From Marsupella aquatica (taxonomy: Eukaryota > Plantae > Marchantiophyta), in the NCBI GenBank assembly GCA_973895155.1, contig OZ316892.1:21205619-21269618 (forward strand): a DNA stretch of 64,000 nt, written 5' to 3'. Positions 48,674 to 60,311 of the stretch are shown piece after piece (within the stretch, counting starts at the first letter, position 1; every line of letters begins with the position of its first letter). Made by a program: the position numbers and the translations under genes. The notes beneath the pieces are model-generated. The model was not told the origin of the DNA and made no database searches. It saw nothing but the letters and a program-made list of their open reading frames with translations.

Positions 48674-49323
48674 TACTCTTGGAGCAACGCAACGCTAAAA
48701 CTAGAACATTAGATTGGATATAGAAACGACCGTTTGTTTGGTGCTTTCCTATATTAACTCTGAGTTCAGTAGTCATTTGGCCGAGAGACATACTTGCTTT
48801 CTCGAATTGGTGGCCAGTGAGTGACTCTAGCGCGAATGAAGTGTTATCGATGACAATCTAATATCTGATACAGTTTGATTTGAAAATTTCTGCTCGAAGT
48901 TGCTACATCAACTCCCGGTCTGAAATCGTTGACATCGACCATGAGATGTGTTCCTCTCGTGTGACAATGAATGTCTTATTTCGCATTGACCGAGCAGCTA
49001 GGCCTCTCTCTCGAGATAGCCTACCAATTTCTGTTCCTTGAAAGCAACCTGACTTTTCCAAGGGAAGAATTGAATTTAAGTTTTAAATTCACAAACGTTC
49101 CGCTTGTATGGAAAAAAAAACTGTCGTTGTCTCCATGTATTCGTTCGATAGTTCGTAAAATCCATTCGATAGTTCACTCGAGTTGATGAGAGAAAGTTCT
49201 CAGTCGATGAGAGATTGATGGGGCACCGTCCCTTTTTCCCATACACAAAAAAACTAACAGATGGATAGGACTGCATTGTTTTAGTCGTGCATGGACTGGC
49301 AAAGTCTGTTGCTTGGATTGCAA

Positions 49324-49506
49324 TTTGATCCAAGCATTGATGGCCAGTATAGTGATATTTTACTGGTGGTACTCTGCTTCACCCTTTAATTTTCTCACTT
49401 CTTCGACACTGGATTTTAGTTTGATCCAAGCATTGATGGCCAGTATAGTGATACTTTACTGGTGGTACTCTGCTTGGCTTTTTAATTTTCTCACTTCCTC
49501 GACACA
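49324..49506. repeat. Tandem duplication ~96 bp x2
   Basis: TTTGATCCAAGCATTGATGGCCAGTATAGTGATA...CTCACTTC.TCGACAC occurs twice. Confidence 0.9.
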
Positions 49507-50673
49507 TTCACAGCAGATGACGTGTGCTTGTTAAGAGCAGATTTGATTGTGCTTTACTTCAATCAGTTGACTCCATTGATTGAATTACTTCACTATATTT
49601 TCACTCAGTTGTTAAGAACAGATTAGACTCCCTTGTATTAGCAATGCATGGACTGAGACTGTTTGTAAGGTCCATTGAATTAATTCACTCAGTTGTTAGA
49701 TAGTGGACTGCATTGGATCAGCAATCAATTGACAGTCATAAGTCTTCCACTGGTGTAGTACTTTGTGCTATTTTTCGCATTGGATCATTTTCTGGACATT
49801 CATTGGCGTTGTAGTGGTACTTCAGTTTTATGCTTGGAATTCAGTGCAATTACTCCCTTGATACATAAATGACCTGTGCGTGAACGTGTAAATCGGAGAA
49901 TGAGTAAGAGCAATATTGGACTGCACTCAACATCTTAGTGTTCAGATAATGTATCGATTATTCTTTAGACCCAATCAATCCTGGAGTTCGGAAAGGGCTG
50001 GCAGTCCCGGGAGAGCTGGAAGCGGAGGAATGGGTTCCTCTGACGGACGGCCGGAGCCATAAGATCAATTTCGTTAGATCTGACAAAAATCTGGGAATGC
50101 GGTAGCCAAAAAGGATCTTACACACCCATTGCTCATTCAACAAACACACATCGTCTCAAGCAGCGTGTTAGACAATCCAAGGAAATTTATCATATTAGAT
50201 AATATCTGCAGCGCGGTGAGAGAATCCTGGGATATTTATCATGCTGGATGATATTTGTGAGTGGGGTGGTTATCACGTCATTCCGCACCCATATTATCTA
50301 ACAAGGTAAACATCGTCAGGGTACGGGCATTGTCATATCGGTCGTCGGGCGACAGAGAGGAGCAAAGTGAACAACGTAAATATGTCATCTTGGAAGACGT
50401 GAGGGCAATAGGCCACCCAAAACTCAACCCTTCAACCATATCGCCCGACACAATAAATTCCCTGCGAAACACCGCGTTTTCGCAGTAGAAGGTAAATTGA
50501 ACAAATTTAATGGGATGCGCAGAGCAATCTGTCCGTAGATGAACCTCAAACTGACTGCAAATTTCCAGAAAACTATTACCGGCGAAGTCCTAAAGACTCA
50601 GATGAGACACCATGCTCATACTCTGAGGGTACTAGATGGAACCCGCAGGTAATTCAGTATATGGTGCACAATC

Positions 50674-50793
50674 ATGTGTTGCGCTGTAGTTTAGCTCTAA
50701 ACCAGTTGCGTTCTAGTGGTCAGGGCTGATAATCAACGCGTTTCCTAAACAGCTCGATCAACTGAACTGAAGTCTAATGAGAAATTGCTGTAG
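50674..50793 (-). ncRNA. Candidate box H/ACA snoRNA
   Basis: Two hairpins on the minus strand (ACAGC...GCTGT; GCGTTG-pocket-GCCCTGACCA...TGGTTTAGAGC-pocket-CAGCGC) followed by ACA+3 nt, with 14 nt from the pocket top to ACA. The hinge AGGAAA is a non-canonical H box. Confidence 0.35.
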
Positions 50794-51199
50794 CAGTCCA
50801 CCGCCAACTGAGAAGGTAAGTCTACGGACCTGTTCATGAAGTATCGTCATCCGCACCACACTAAATTCAATTGGCACGTAAAAACTGGCACGTAAAGGTC
50901 GTTGCCCGCATTGGCTAAGGATGAAAGGAAAGACAGTAGGTCTGTGAGAACATTACAACAGCAAAACCTACGGAAGTCTAAACATAGCTCCCAAAGAACC
51001 GGACCAAACCAACGTCTTTCTCATTGCAAATACATTCTCATCGTTACATCAGCGTTCAGCAAAATTCCAACAGAGATCAATCCACGATATCTCAAAGGAA
51101 CCGGACCAACTGAGTCAGCCGACAGATCTCCTCGTATAAAACAACAACAAGGCAGTCCTCAAAGCCATTTTAGCACGATGAACGACGAAAAGATCAAAA

Positions 51200-51590
51200 A
51201 CGCATCCTCTCCGTTGCAAAAACAACGCCCTCACCCCATCATCCAAGTCTTACACCACTCCGATACACATCCAGTCGCGATCTCAACCAAACAGAAACTC
51301 AACAAAGCTCCATGGCAAAAACAGGGCCATCACCACATCGAAGTGCTCCAGCACTGCGATATACATCCGGTCACGAACTCAAATGAACAGAAGCAACAAC
51401 ACAATTACAACAGCGGCATCACCACACCAGAGTGATCCAGCACTGCGACATACATCCGGTCACGATCTCGAACAAACAGAAATGGCAACTCAGCCAAGCT
51501 GCGTTGCAAAAACAGCGAAATAACCACATCACAGCGGTACAGCATTCCGCTACACTTCCCAGTCACGATCTCAAACGAACAAAAGAAGCA
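51200..51590. repeat. Four degenerate ~95-bp tandem repeats
   Basis: Core ...CAAAAACAG...CACCACATC...CCAGCACTGCGA.ATACATCCGGTCACGATCTC.AAC.AACAGAA at ~51215, 51315, 51405 and 51505. Confidence 0.85.
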
Positions 51591-51775
51591 ACTCTGCGAA
51601 TCTACCAACAAAACAATATGCAGAGAGCAATGAAGCGATGAAGCTGAGTTCTCAAGACCGCTTCCCACAGAATTGCACCGCTCTACCGGAAGTACCGCCA
51701 CAGCCGACTCGAAAACAACGATTCCTCAGACATCGACTCCATTACTCTGCACCTCGCCCGCATCAAAAACCCATC

Positions 51776-51875
51776 AAACCCTAATGTAGCTCGCCGAGTG
51801 AATGATCTCGGCCGGGCCCACTATTGCCTCCCACGGGACACTACAGGGCCGACTCGCATGTCAAGGCCCAATTTA
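51776..51875 (-). promoter_or_regulatory. Telo-box (AAACCCTAA) with adjacent GGCCCA site II-like motifs; probable promoter of a leftward transcript
   Basis: AAACCCTAA at 51776-51784; GGGCCCA at ~51815; AGGCCCA at ~51864. Confidence 0.5.
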
Positions 51876-54179
51876 CAGTAGGTGTTTCATAACCGGGGGT
51901 CATTAGTGAAAGCTATGGATTAGTGATATATCACATAATTCTGGTTGTGGGACCAGTTATGAAATTTTTAAAATGGTGTGAGGTAACATTGACCCTACCT
52001 CCCTATAAGGCACGAGTTAGTGCCTCACCTGTTCATAGCCAATATTTTTTTCCCTCCATTCTTGATCAGTCACCATCTCAAATGTAGCAGCCATCATCAT
52101 GTCAGGCGCAAAGTCCACATGCCTTCAGTTGTGGCTTTCCGGAATTCTGGAGTCCTGGATTTTCCCAATTTTCAGATTTGCGCCTTAAGTTGCGAGAGAG
52201 TAACGTGTTAAGTGTTGAGCCTGTGGGCTTTCCTTATTGTAACTGAAGATAGGCTCCCATAACTTCTACGTCTGTAATACTAGAGTTATGGGAGAGTCTT
52301 ATCTTGTTAAGGCCAGGCTTTGAGACGCCCCTATTGTTGCCTCCAACGAGACACTAAGGGCCAACTCGCATGTAAGAGGCCCTTTAGTTTGCGGCCCGTT
52401 GCCCTCTGACAATTAGGGGAAAAATACTCTCTAGTCAATCTTTGAATATGAAACCTGTCAAGCGTGTGGTTGTCTTCATAATATATAAAAAATTCATTTT
52501 ATCTATCAATCAAAGGTTTCAAACCTGCAAGGGCCAAAAACTTTGTGGCCCTTGCCTTAGGAAATGCAGGGATTGCTCTGTCAAGCCTGACACTTGAGAA
52601 CATAAAGCTGAGTAATTGGCTGAGTGATTTGATGACATGTGTGAGAATTAGACTCTGCATTGTGAAGGGCCCCTCACAATCATACCAGTTCGGCCTAAAG
52701 GAGAATGAGGCCTGTGACCAAAGCAAAATGTCCCCTCTCCCCAGTTCTTTTGTGTCCATCCCATTAAAACACCTTTAATCCTCCACCTCAACCCACCCTA
52801 AAAAGGAGGAAAAGTTTTTTAAACCAATCACATTAAAAGTCCACCATTGCCCTAAACTGAAACCAGGATAGACCACCATGTTGGACAAAGTGCTCATATG
52901 GACCACATTTGGTGGTCCATGGGAGTTTAGGGACCATAACTTGATGCTTCGGAGTCCTAAAGTATAATTTAGTTTTGCACTTGCAAGGCAACTAGAGAAG
53001 GAGGAGAAGGCAACTAGAGAAGGAGGAAACATACAAAAGAACAAAAGCTTAAAAAATTCATACTAACACCTAACTGAAAATTAATCTAATGGAATTTACC
53101 CATCCCCATTTATGATCTACCCATTCTCTCCCAAGAGAAAAGCAACCAAAAAAAGGGTAAGGGCAAATGAGCACACACCCTCTAATAAAATGTACCAGGG
53201 GGCTTTTTGGGAGGGATGACTTTCCAACAATGACCCGTATCCCTAAATAAATGGCATCTAGTCTCCATTCACAACCATAGCTGCCAGATTAAGTGACACC
53301 CAAGAGAGGAATCTATTCCCATCTACATCGAAGATTCCACCACATCTCACAAGATCCAGGTTTAGAGCCATCAAACATTCAAAAAATAAGAAAAATTTGA
53401 GGGGGGTAGCCCAGTTAGACTCTTTTGAGCTGGGTTTGAACACATTGGCCAGTGTAGCCTTTATGTTTAATTTTGGGGGTAAAAGGCTTCAAACTTTATC
53501 GAACTGAGAGAAGTATACAAGCCTTGAAAACAGGTCAAACCGAGGGTCAGGCACAGACTAGCTCAGCGGAGAGAACTCTTCGTGTATTAGATTTGGCCAT
53601 TCACTCTAACTGTACATCAATAGCCCCCATAAACGATGTGCCCCAGGAGCTATATTGACTAGATGAATGTCATGTCTGCCAGACCCAAGTAGGGGTCAAG
53701 TGACAAGCAATGTACAAAGACCTCAAAGAATCATTTGAGGACGTGATCCTTATATGGCTACAAGTCAGATTTTTAATCTCCACAAAGTAAGGAGATCTGC
53801 ACCGAGACACCTGCAATAGGTTTTGAGGTGACAACCTCACATTCACCGCTGACCCTTCCAGCTTCTGGACCTGTCAAGAGCTCTATCTTGCTAGCAAATT
53901 GGCCATTGCAGTCCTAAGATACTGTTAATTAACTTCGCATTTTAGATTTCCTTTCACAATCAAGTCGAGAAGCTTGAAGCCAGTCAACTGTTATCTCTGA
54001 AAACTTCGTCACAGAACTTGCAGGATCTTGCAAGCTTGGAGCAGTCCAGATTGTATCTTGCTACATCGGATGTTGAAGCTGTTTCCCAAACTCCTTCGAA
54101 CATTCAACACTGCTGTGCCACTCAGATAGAGAGGTCATGAAGTTCAGCATTGTTGCCAACGAAATTGCTTCATGGTCTT

Positions 54180-57092
54180 TCATTGCCTTAGCTCTGCTAT
54201 TCTCTTCATTTCTCGAAAGAGTTGGGATGCATCATCCAATCTGCTTGCTTTCTCATATATACGGATCATATTGACATACAGAAGATCTTCAGGCAAACCT
54301 CCCTCTGTCTTGAGATTCTCAAAAAGCTTCTCGGCTGCCTGAACGTTCCCGGATTTACCGTACAGCTTCATCATTTGCCAATGCACCTCATCATCTAGTA
54401 CATGACCTGCATCCTTCAGCTCAAAGAACAATTGCTCTGCTTTGTCCACTGACCCGAGCTTCCCATAAGACTCCATCACCCTCAAGCACGTGTCCGAATC
54501 AGGCAGGACTCCGCTGATCCTCATTCTCTCATAGACATCAATTGCATAGTCATATCTGCTCGTTGTGACGAATAGTCTGATCATATTTTTGAATACTGAA
54601 GGATCTTTCACTTCGCCAGCTTCATAAGATTTGAAGAAAAGGTTACTCGCTTCCCCCACCTTCCCAGCCGTTGCCAAGACATTGAGTGCAGTATCTCTCG
54701 ACACGGATAAGGGGTGGTGTAGTTCCTGGAGGAGACGCTTGGCATGGCCCACCATACCTGCTTTCTCATAAACAACAACCATAGCTTGGTATAAAATCTC
54801 ATCCATGCGAAACCCTCGCACTCGTAAGTTCTGGAAAAGTTGAGCCGCTTTATGATACTTACTTGCCTTACCATAGATTGAAATCAGGGTGGAGTAGGTC
54901 ATAGCATTTGGTTCAATGCCATTGATCTCCATTTTCCTGAGTAGCCTGGTCGCTTGTTCCTCAGCATTTTGTAGGGCGTAAAGCTTCATCATTGTGTTGC
55001 AAGTGACAATGTTCGGTCGTATTCCCTTATTTTCCATTGTGTGAAACAAGTAAAATGCCTCGGTCAAAGCTTCAGCTTGTCCATATACTTTGATCATGGT
55101 GTTGATGGTGACAACATTGGGACATAGATCAAAACTTTTCATACTTAAGAAAAGGTCTTCCGCTTCTTTTACTAACCCCAGCTTCCCGTATACATCTATC
55201 ATCATGTTACACGTTGTGGTATCCAAAGCAATACCTCCTGCTGTCATCTCGGAGAAAACTTCGGCAGCCTCATCATACTTTCCAGATTCTACATACGCAT
55301 TAATGAGAGCACTGCAAGTGACAGTATCAGGAGCAATACCGACCGACTTCATTTCCTGCAAGAGACTTTCTGCCTCTCGATATAGTTTGGCCTTTCCGAA
55401 CATATTAATCATTGAATTGTAAACTATCCGGTCTGGCTGAATACCAGCGGCCCTCAATTTTGAGAAAAGAGACACAGCTTTCGAATAATCCTTCACCCTA
55501 CCAGACAGTTCAATGAGAGTGCTGTAAGTTATCAAATCAGGTACAATCCCTCTCTCCTCCATTCTCTGCAGCCACATCAAGCCCGTGTCAAACTTACCAG
55601 CCTTCCCAAAAGCACTAATAAGGGTAGAGTAAGTGACTTTGTCAGGTGAGACTCCCTTCTCCTCCATTTCACGGACAAGTCCTTCTCCAAGCGTCCAATT
55701 TCTAGCTTTAAGTACATTCCTTATGATAATGTTGTAGGAGTACAATGCTGGTCTGCAACCCCCCTTCTCTATCATCCAGTCATGCAAAGCCAGGGCCCTC
55801 TGCCAATCCCTCTCTTGATTTAATAGAGTGACCATCAGCCTGAATGAGAGCTTACCTCTCCACTTGTCCATCACAGCGTCCACATCTTCAGCGCTCTCTG
55901 TCCCCCCCAAAGTCGTCAATATCTCCTCCAGATTGATGAAGTGATCAGGCTGGTTCGGATAGTACAAAACTCTGTACGATGAACTGCCACTTCTAGGTGG
56001 AAGTTTCCTCGCAATTCCTGAGGAGTGACCCAAAGTGGCATTGCTTGAAACGGAAGATTGCACTCGACTCCCCCCACTGTTCACCTGTTGATGTACAAAA
56101 TCCAGCATTATTCCCGAGCTAGCGAGGGATATAGAGGAACGATAGCTCCTTCCTTCCGTCTGTCTGCCTGTCCGCAGCGTTAAATACCGAGTGGCCGAGG
56201 GAAACAGAGGGTGCCATGGCTATTGTGCCAGGACATCAATAACAAATGTGATAAAGTTTAATGTTGGGATATGAGGCTCACAAGGGGCTACAACCTTAGA
56301 TCTAACTATATAGCATATGTGATAACCAGTTCAACAAAAGACAGCGAAGTAGAGAAACTTCTCAGATAGTCAATCAATGCTAACGAAATAAATGACAAAG
56401 TTAAGAAAAAGGACCCCTCAGCTCCTTCATACAGTAGTTGCAACGAACTTACTCCAGAAGGAACTCCGACCAACCGCAAAGCTATCGACCCAAACGCCAA
56501 AATACGACTAAAGCTATCCACACCAAATAACTTGCACTCAGTTCTTGGGAAGGAAACCATGGAAAAAACTAAGATGCTGTGCACCGATTGGCTTTTAGAT
56601 CGTCAACTCTCCAGTGAAGTAGTGCTCATTCTACGTGGGCACCGCAAGCTCTGAGTTCTACCTCTAAATCTCCCAAAGGCATGTCATAGTTTCTATATCA
56701 AGGACACTGTTCATAGTCTAACATAAAACCCTCGAAAACCAAATTCTATTAATAATACGCACGGCCCAACACAGATTGCAGAGAGGTAGCAACAAAGATA
56801 TCTTAATTTCCAACAGATGACAACGCCATCCCTTCTAGATCAAGCATTTTTGTCACGCAGACCACAGAAAAACTTCTCTTGAATGACCACTTCTACTACA
56901 GTAACTACCAACACGGGAAACCCAGCTGAAATGGGAAAAAAAAAGGGGAAAGGGACCAGACAATCCTCGAATCTCTCTCTAACTGCGCTCGCTATGGCCT
57001 CCGATCGAAATCCACACCTGGGTTGCAGCAATTTGACGCGCAGGAAGTGACCCGAGAGCAGCACCGACGATCGTGGCTGAAACCGCGGCCAT
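54180..57092 (-). CDS. P-type pentatricopeptide repeat protein, probably plastid-targeted (At5g39980/PDM3-like); join(57092..57018,56219..54180)
   Basis: Tandem 35-aa PPR motifs (P..VTYSTLISAFGKAG... etc.). LSFRLMVTLLNQERDWQRALALHDW and DYSKAVSLFSKLR recall At5g39980. An upstream 75-nt exon MAAVSATIVGAALGSLPARQIAATQ with CAG|GTGTGG and AATAG| sites is in phase 0 and supplies a transit-peptide-like N-terminus. Confidence 0.9.
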
Positions 57093-57919
57093 GTTCAACA
57101 ACAGCAACAACTGCAATGAAATGATAACAGAGTCGCAAGTCGCAACCCCTGCCCTGCCCTGCTCTGCTCTGCTCCGCTCCGCTCGTGTTGGCCGAAAGAA
57201 GAGTCGTCGCTCGGCAGGTTCTATTGCTACTACTGTATGCTAAAACCCAGCCCGAGCAAGCACATTCCACTTCCTGTCGTGCAGCTAAGATCTTCTTCGT
57301 CCATCTACCGAGGTGGTTGCCTTCTCACCTGCAATTACTGTGCCATGAAGGGCCAACGGCAGTGGTGGACTCGTGACGAGACTGTTTCAATCACGAAGGT
57401 AGGACATCAGAGAGCACCATCTTCCATATCTGAGGAATCGCAGCTCTAGAAGGGTCGGGATGTTGCAAAAGCCGACTTTCATTTACTCTCCTTGGAATTC
57501 CCCGGACTCCCAGTAGCAGCTGATAGTTGCCGATGAACCTGATTTGGGCCACAGACTCCATCCCCACCACTGGTCTGAACCTCGTCCATTCCATTCTTTC
57601 CTATCACCATACCCTAAACCCCACCTCCGAAGAAGCAAAGATGTTGAATTTAGACCAGGCAAACTATCAGCGAACGCAGAGGAACGTGAGCTGAGATCAA
57701 TCCTACGTTTACTGTCACCATTTGGGACTTGCGAGATCCTGACTCCACAAACCCACCTTCATGGTACTGAAGCCATCTCCACGTCTCACTCTGAGCTTAG
57801 AAATGTAATCATTAGAAGAAAAGACAGCTTCAGGGTTTTCTGTGAGCATCCTTGGTAGTTTGGCTACGCTCGGGTGTCAGTGACACTGGATTTGGTTGGT
57901 ATGTGTTCCACTCGCTTGC

Positions 57920-58095
57920 AGGTTTGTTTTTGTTGCTGGAAAAACCAAATGAATTCCATTCAAATAGCCAACTTACAAAAAAGGGGGCCCAAAAAGGCAC
58001 ACCAACCCAAGGTTTGTTTTTGTTGCTGGAAATGAATTCCATTCAAATAACCAACTTACGAAAAAAGGAGACCCAAAAAGGGACACCAACCCAAA
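57920..58095. repeat. Tandem duplication ~85 bp x2
   Basis: GGTTTGTTTTTGTTGCTGGAAA...AATGAATTCCATTCAAATA.CCAACTTAC...ACACCAACCCAA occurs twice. Confidence 0.85.
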
Positions 58096-60065
58096 GGACC
58101 TGAGGTCTAAGTGCTAAGACAGGGGAGGCAGGTACCAGGAAAGAAGCAGTGCCACCCTAGGGGGCAACTAAACAAGTAATTTAGAGACTACAGGCGGAGC
58201 AACACACTCCTAAAGACCGGCCAGTAATCAGGTTCCGGCGGGGTTCCTTCCAGTGGGTCCATGATAGAGTAACAACTCAATCAGTCAGTCTGCAGTGCAC
58301 CTTCCAAACCTGAAAAGGTAGGGGAAATCAAGGGGGAACGTGGCGGAACAGGTGGGACCTGAAGAATGTTGCTTGCAGGTTTTCAAAGGACAAGAAACCT
58401 CTCCAACTCCTACAGTAGGTCTTTGAGTAATTATTTGTGTGATTCGTCGGGCCAGCATTCAGACACCCTATTATTCTCTCGAGGTCACTTTACTACTTTG
58501 GGTCCTTCCACAAAATTTTTTACAAACTGTTAATGTCCACTTCTCCAGTTATACTTCGTTACTGTAGACCTACCCGTAACATCCAACCATGGTGGGTACA
58601 TGTTGGAACTTTTAAAACATTTTATGAAAATTGTTGGGTGATTTGTTTGTGTTAGAAATGAGCAAGGAGACTTAGTAGATCTCTCCCCACCCCAATAATG
58701 ACATACATTGTAGGGAACCCATTTCAGGGTGAGCCCCCAAAGATCCTTGAAGGACCCACACCAGGAGGCCAAAGATCCGAGGACCCGGAGGAGGGAGAGA
58801 GAGGATTAAATCAGGGCCCCAAAGTGGAACACCAGGGGCCAAGGAGATAATAAGAACTCTTAATATCCATTATCCACAGAACCCATTGCACCCACACCCC
58901 TCTTTGTGGAGGGGGGATGGAACCAGGAACTTTCGGTTCCAGGCTCATCCCCTAGCTAACTGACCTAAAAGCCAGTTATTGGGTTGTTAGGTGTAATCTA
59001 TGTTGAAAAAACTTTTGGAATTTTTATAACTTTCTTGGTGGGACCCCACTGATACTACCAGCACTGTCCCAGACGTTGTGGAAGGACAAAAGAGTCATTT
59101 TTGAAATTTGGTGTCCCCATGAAATCTCACAACTGTAGTTAATCCACAGTGTCCCACAAATTGTTGAAGGAAAATGGAGTCATTGTTGGCCTACATTTTC
59201 CTTTTTTTAAGAACACGAGCCTGAATGCCCTTTCTTTGAATGAGACTGACAATTCTCACCTTTCTTTCCATCTGCAAATTCTGGTGGACCTAGAGTCACT
59301 GTCTAGAGGCTTCATTGTACAAACCTAGGCCCCAATTCTATCTTCTGTTCACATTCTATGAGTAAGATTTGTGACTATGGTGATTGGATAGACCAAGGTT
59401 TGAAAATGGATAGTGACCATTCAACAAGACCCCCAAAGTCCTCAATCTGAGCCTCAATCCCCAGTACCCAAGCTTTGGACGGGAAGCAATGGTTATTCCC
59501 GTCCAGAGAGGGCTTCTTGCTCATAGTGAAGGTGCACAACAAGGTACATGAGGGCGTAGTGCTAGTTCAGAGTTGCGAGCCTAGACTCACCTGTGTTTGC
59601 CATTGAGGCTGACCTGCAGGCTTTGCCAATTGTTTCAGAGAGTCCAGGAGAGAGAGCAAAGGAAAATGGATTGGTTGGGAGAGCCAAGAAGTAGCGGACT
59701 GGACTTTACAGAAGGTCTCTCTTTAAATATAGGTTAAAAGGAAGGGCTAACCTCCTAGGTTAAGTATAAGATGAGGGAAGGATAAACTTATTTTAGAAAT
59801 TATTTTGGGGATGGGAATCTTTTTAGAATGTTTCAAAAATAGTGGTAAAAAATAGTTAAAAATAAAAAAATTCTTATTTTTAGGGTATATTATAGCTAAA
59901 AACATGGAGCGTGTTATGATACCCCTTTAGAGTGAGGTCCCCGAGCCCAGACACTCTTCCCACAACCCGCACACTAGACAAGGTTCAGTCTATTCAGCAG
60001 TATGAAAAATATTGTGCAACTTACAGGGACTGGACTATTTACCATATCAATCGGGTGTGGTTGGC

Positions 60066-60311
60066 GCTTAAACCTACATATTTGAAGACAACCATTTGGA
60101 GTTCAATTTTTGTTCACATGCTCTATTCCACGGGAACAAGTGTGAACTACTGCAGGAATTAATAACTAAACTAATGAGATTCACTAATCGAGTTAAGCTT
60201 AAACCTATCTAATTATTTGAAGGTAACCATTTGGAATTTTTCCGAATGCTCTATTCCACTCGTACAAGTGTGAATTAATGACTAAACTGATGAGATCCAG
60301 TAATCGAGTTA
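60066..60311. repeat. Diverged tandem duplication ~125 bp x2
   Basis: GCTTAAACCTA...ATTTGAAG..AACCATTTGGA...ATGCTCTATTCCAC...ACAAGTGTGAA...ACTAAACT.ATGAGAT...TAATCGAGTTA occurs twice. Confidence 0.75.

Noticed and set aside
49960-50350. Possible U17/snR30, U4atac, RNase MRP or telomerase RNA
   Set aside because: The m1/m2-like motifs are in the wrong order, and I found no convincing conserved boxes, template or USE/TATA promoter.
50902-51641. 177-aa and 69-aa Q/H-rich ORFs
   Set aside because: They arise from the ~95-bp repeats, lack ATG starts, break frame between units and lie opposite to the apparent transcription direction.
56119-56217. Short ATG-initiated uORF upstream of the PPR ORF
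   Set aside because: It falls within the extended second coding exon once the in-phase upstream exon (57092-57018) is included.
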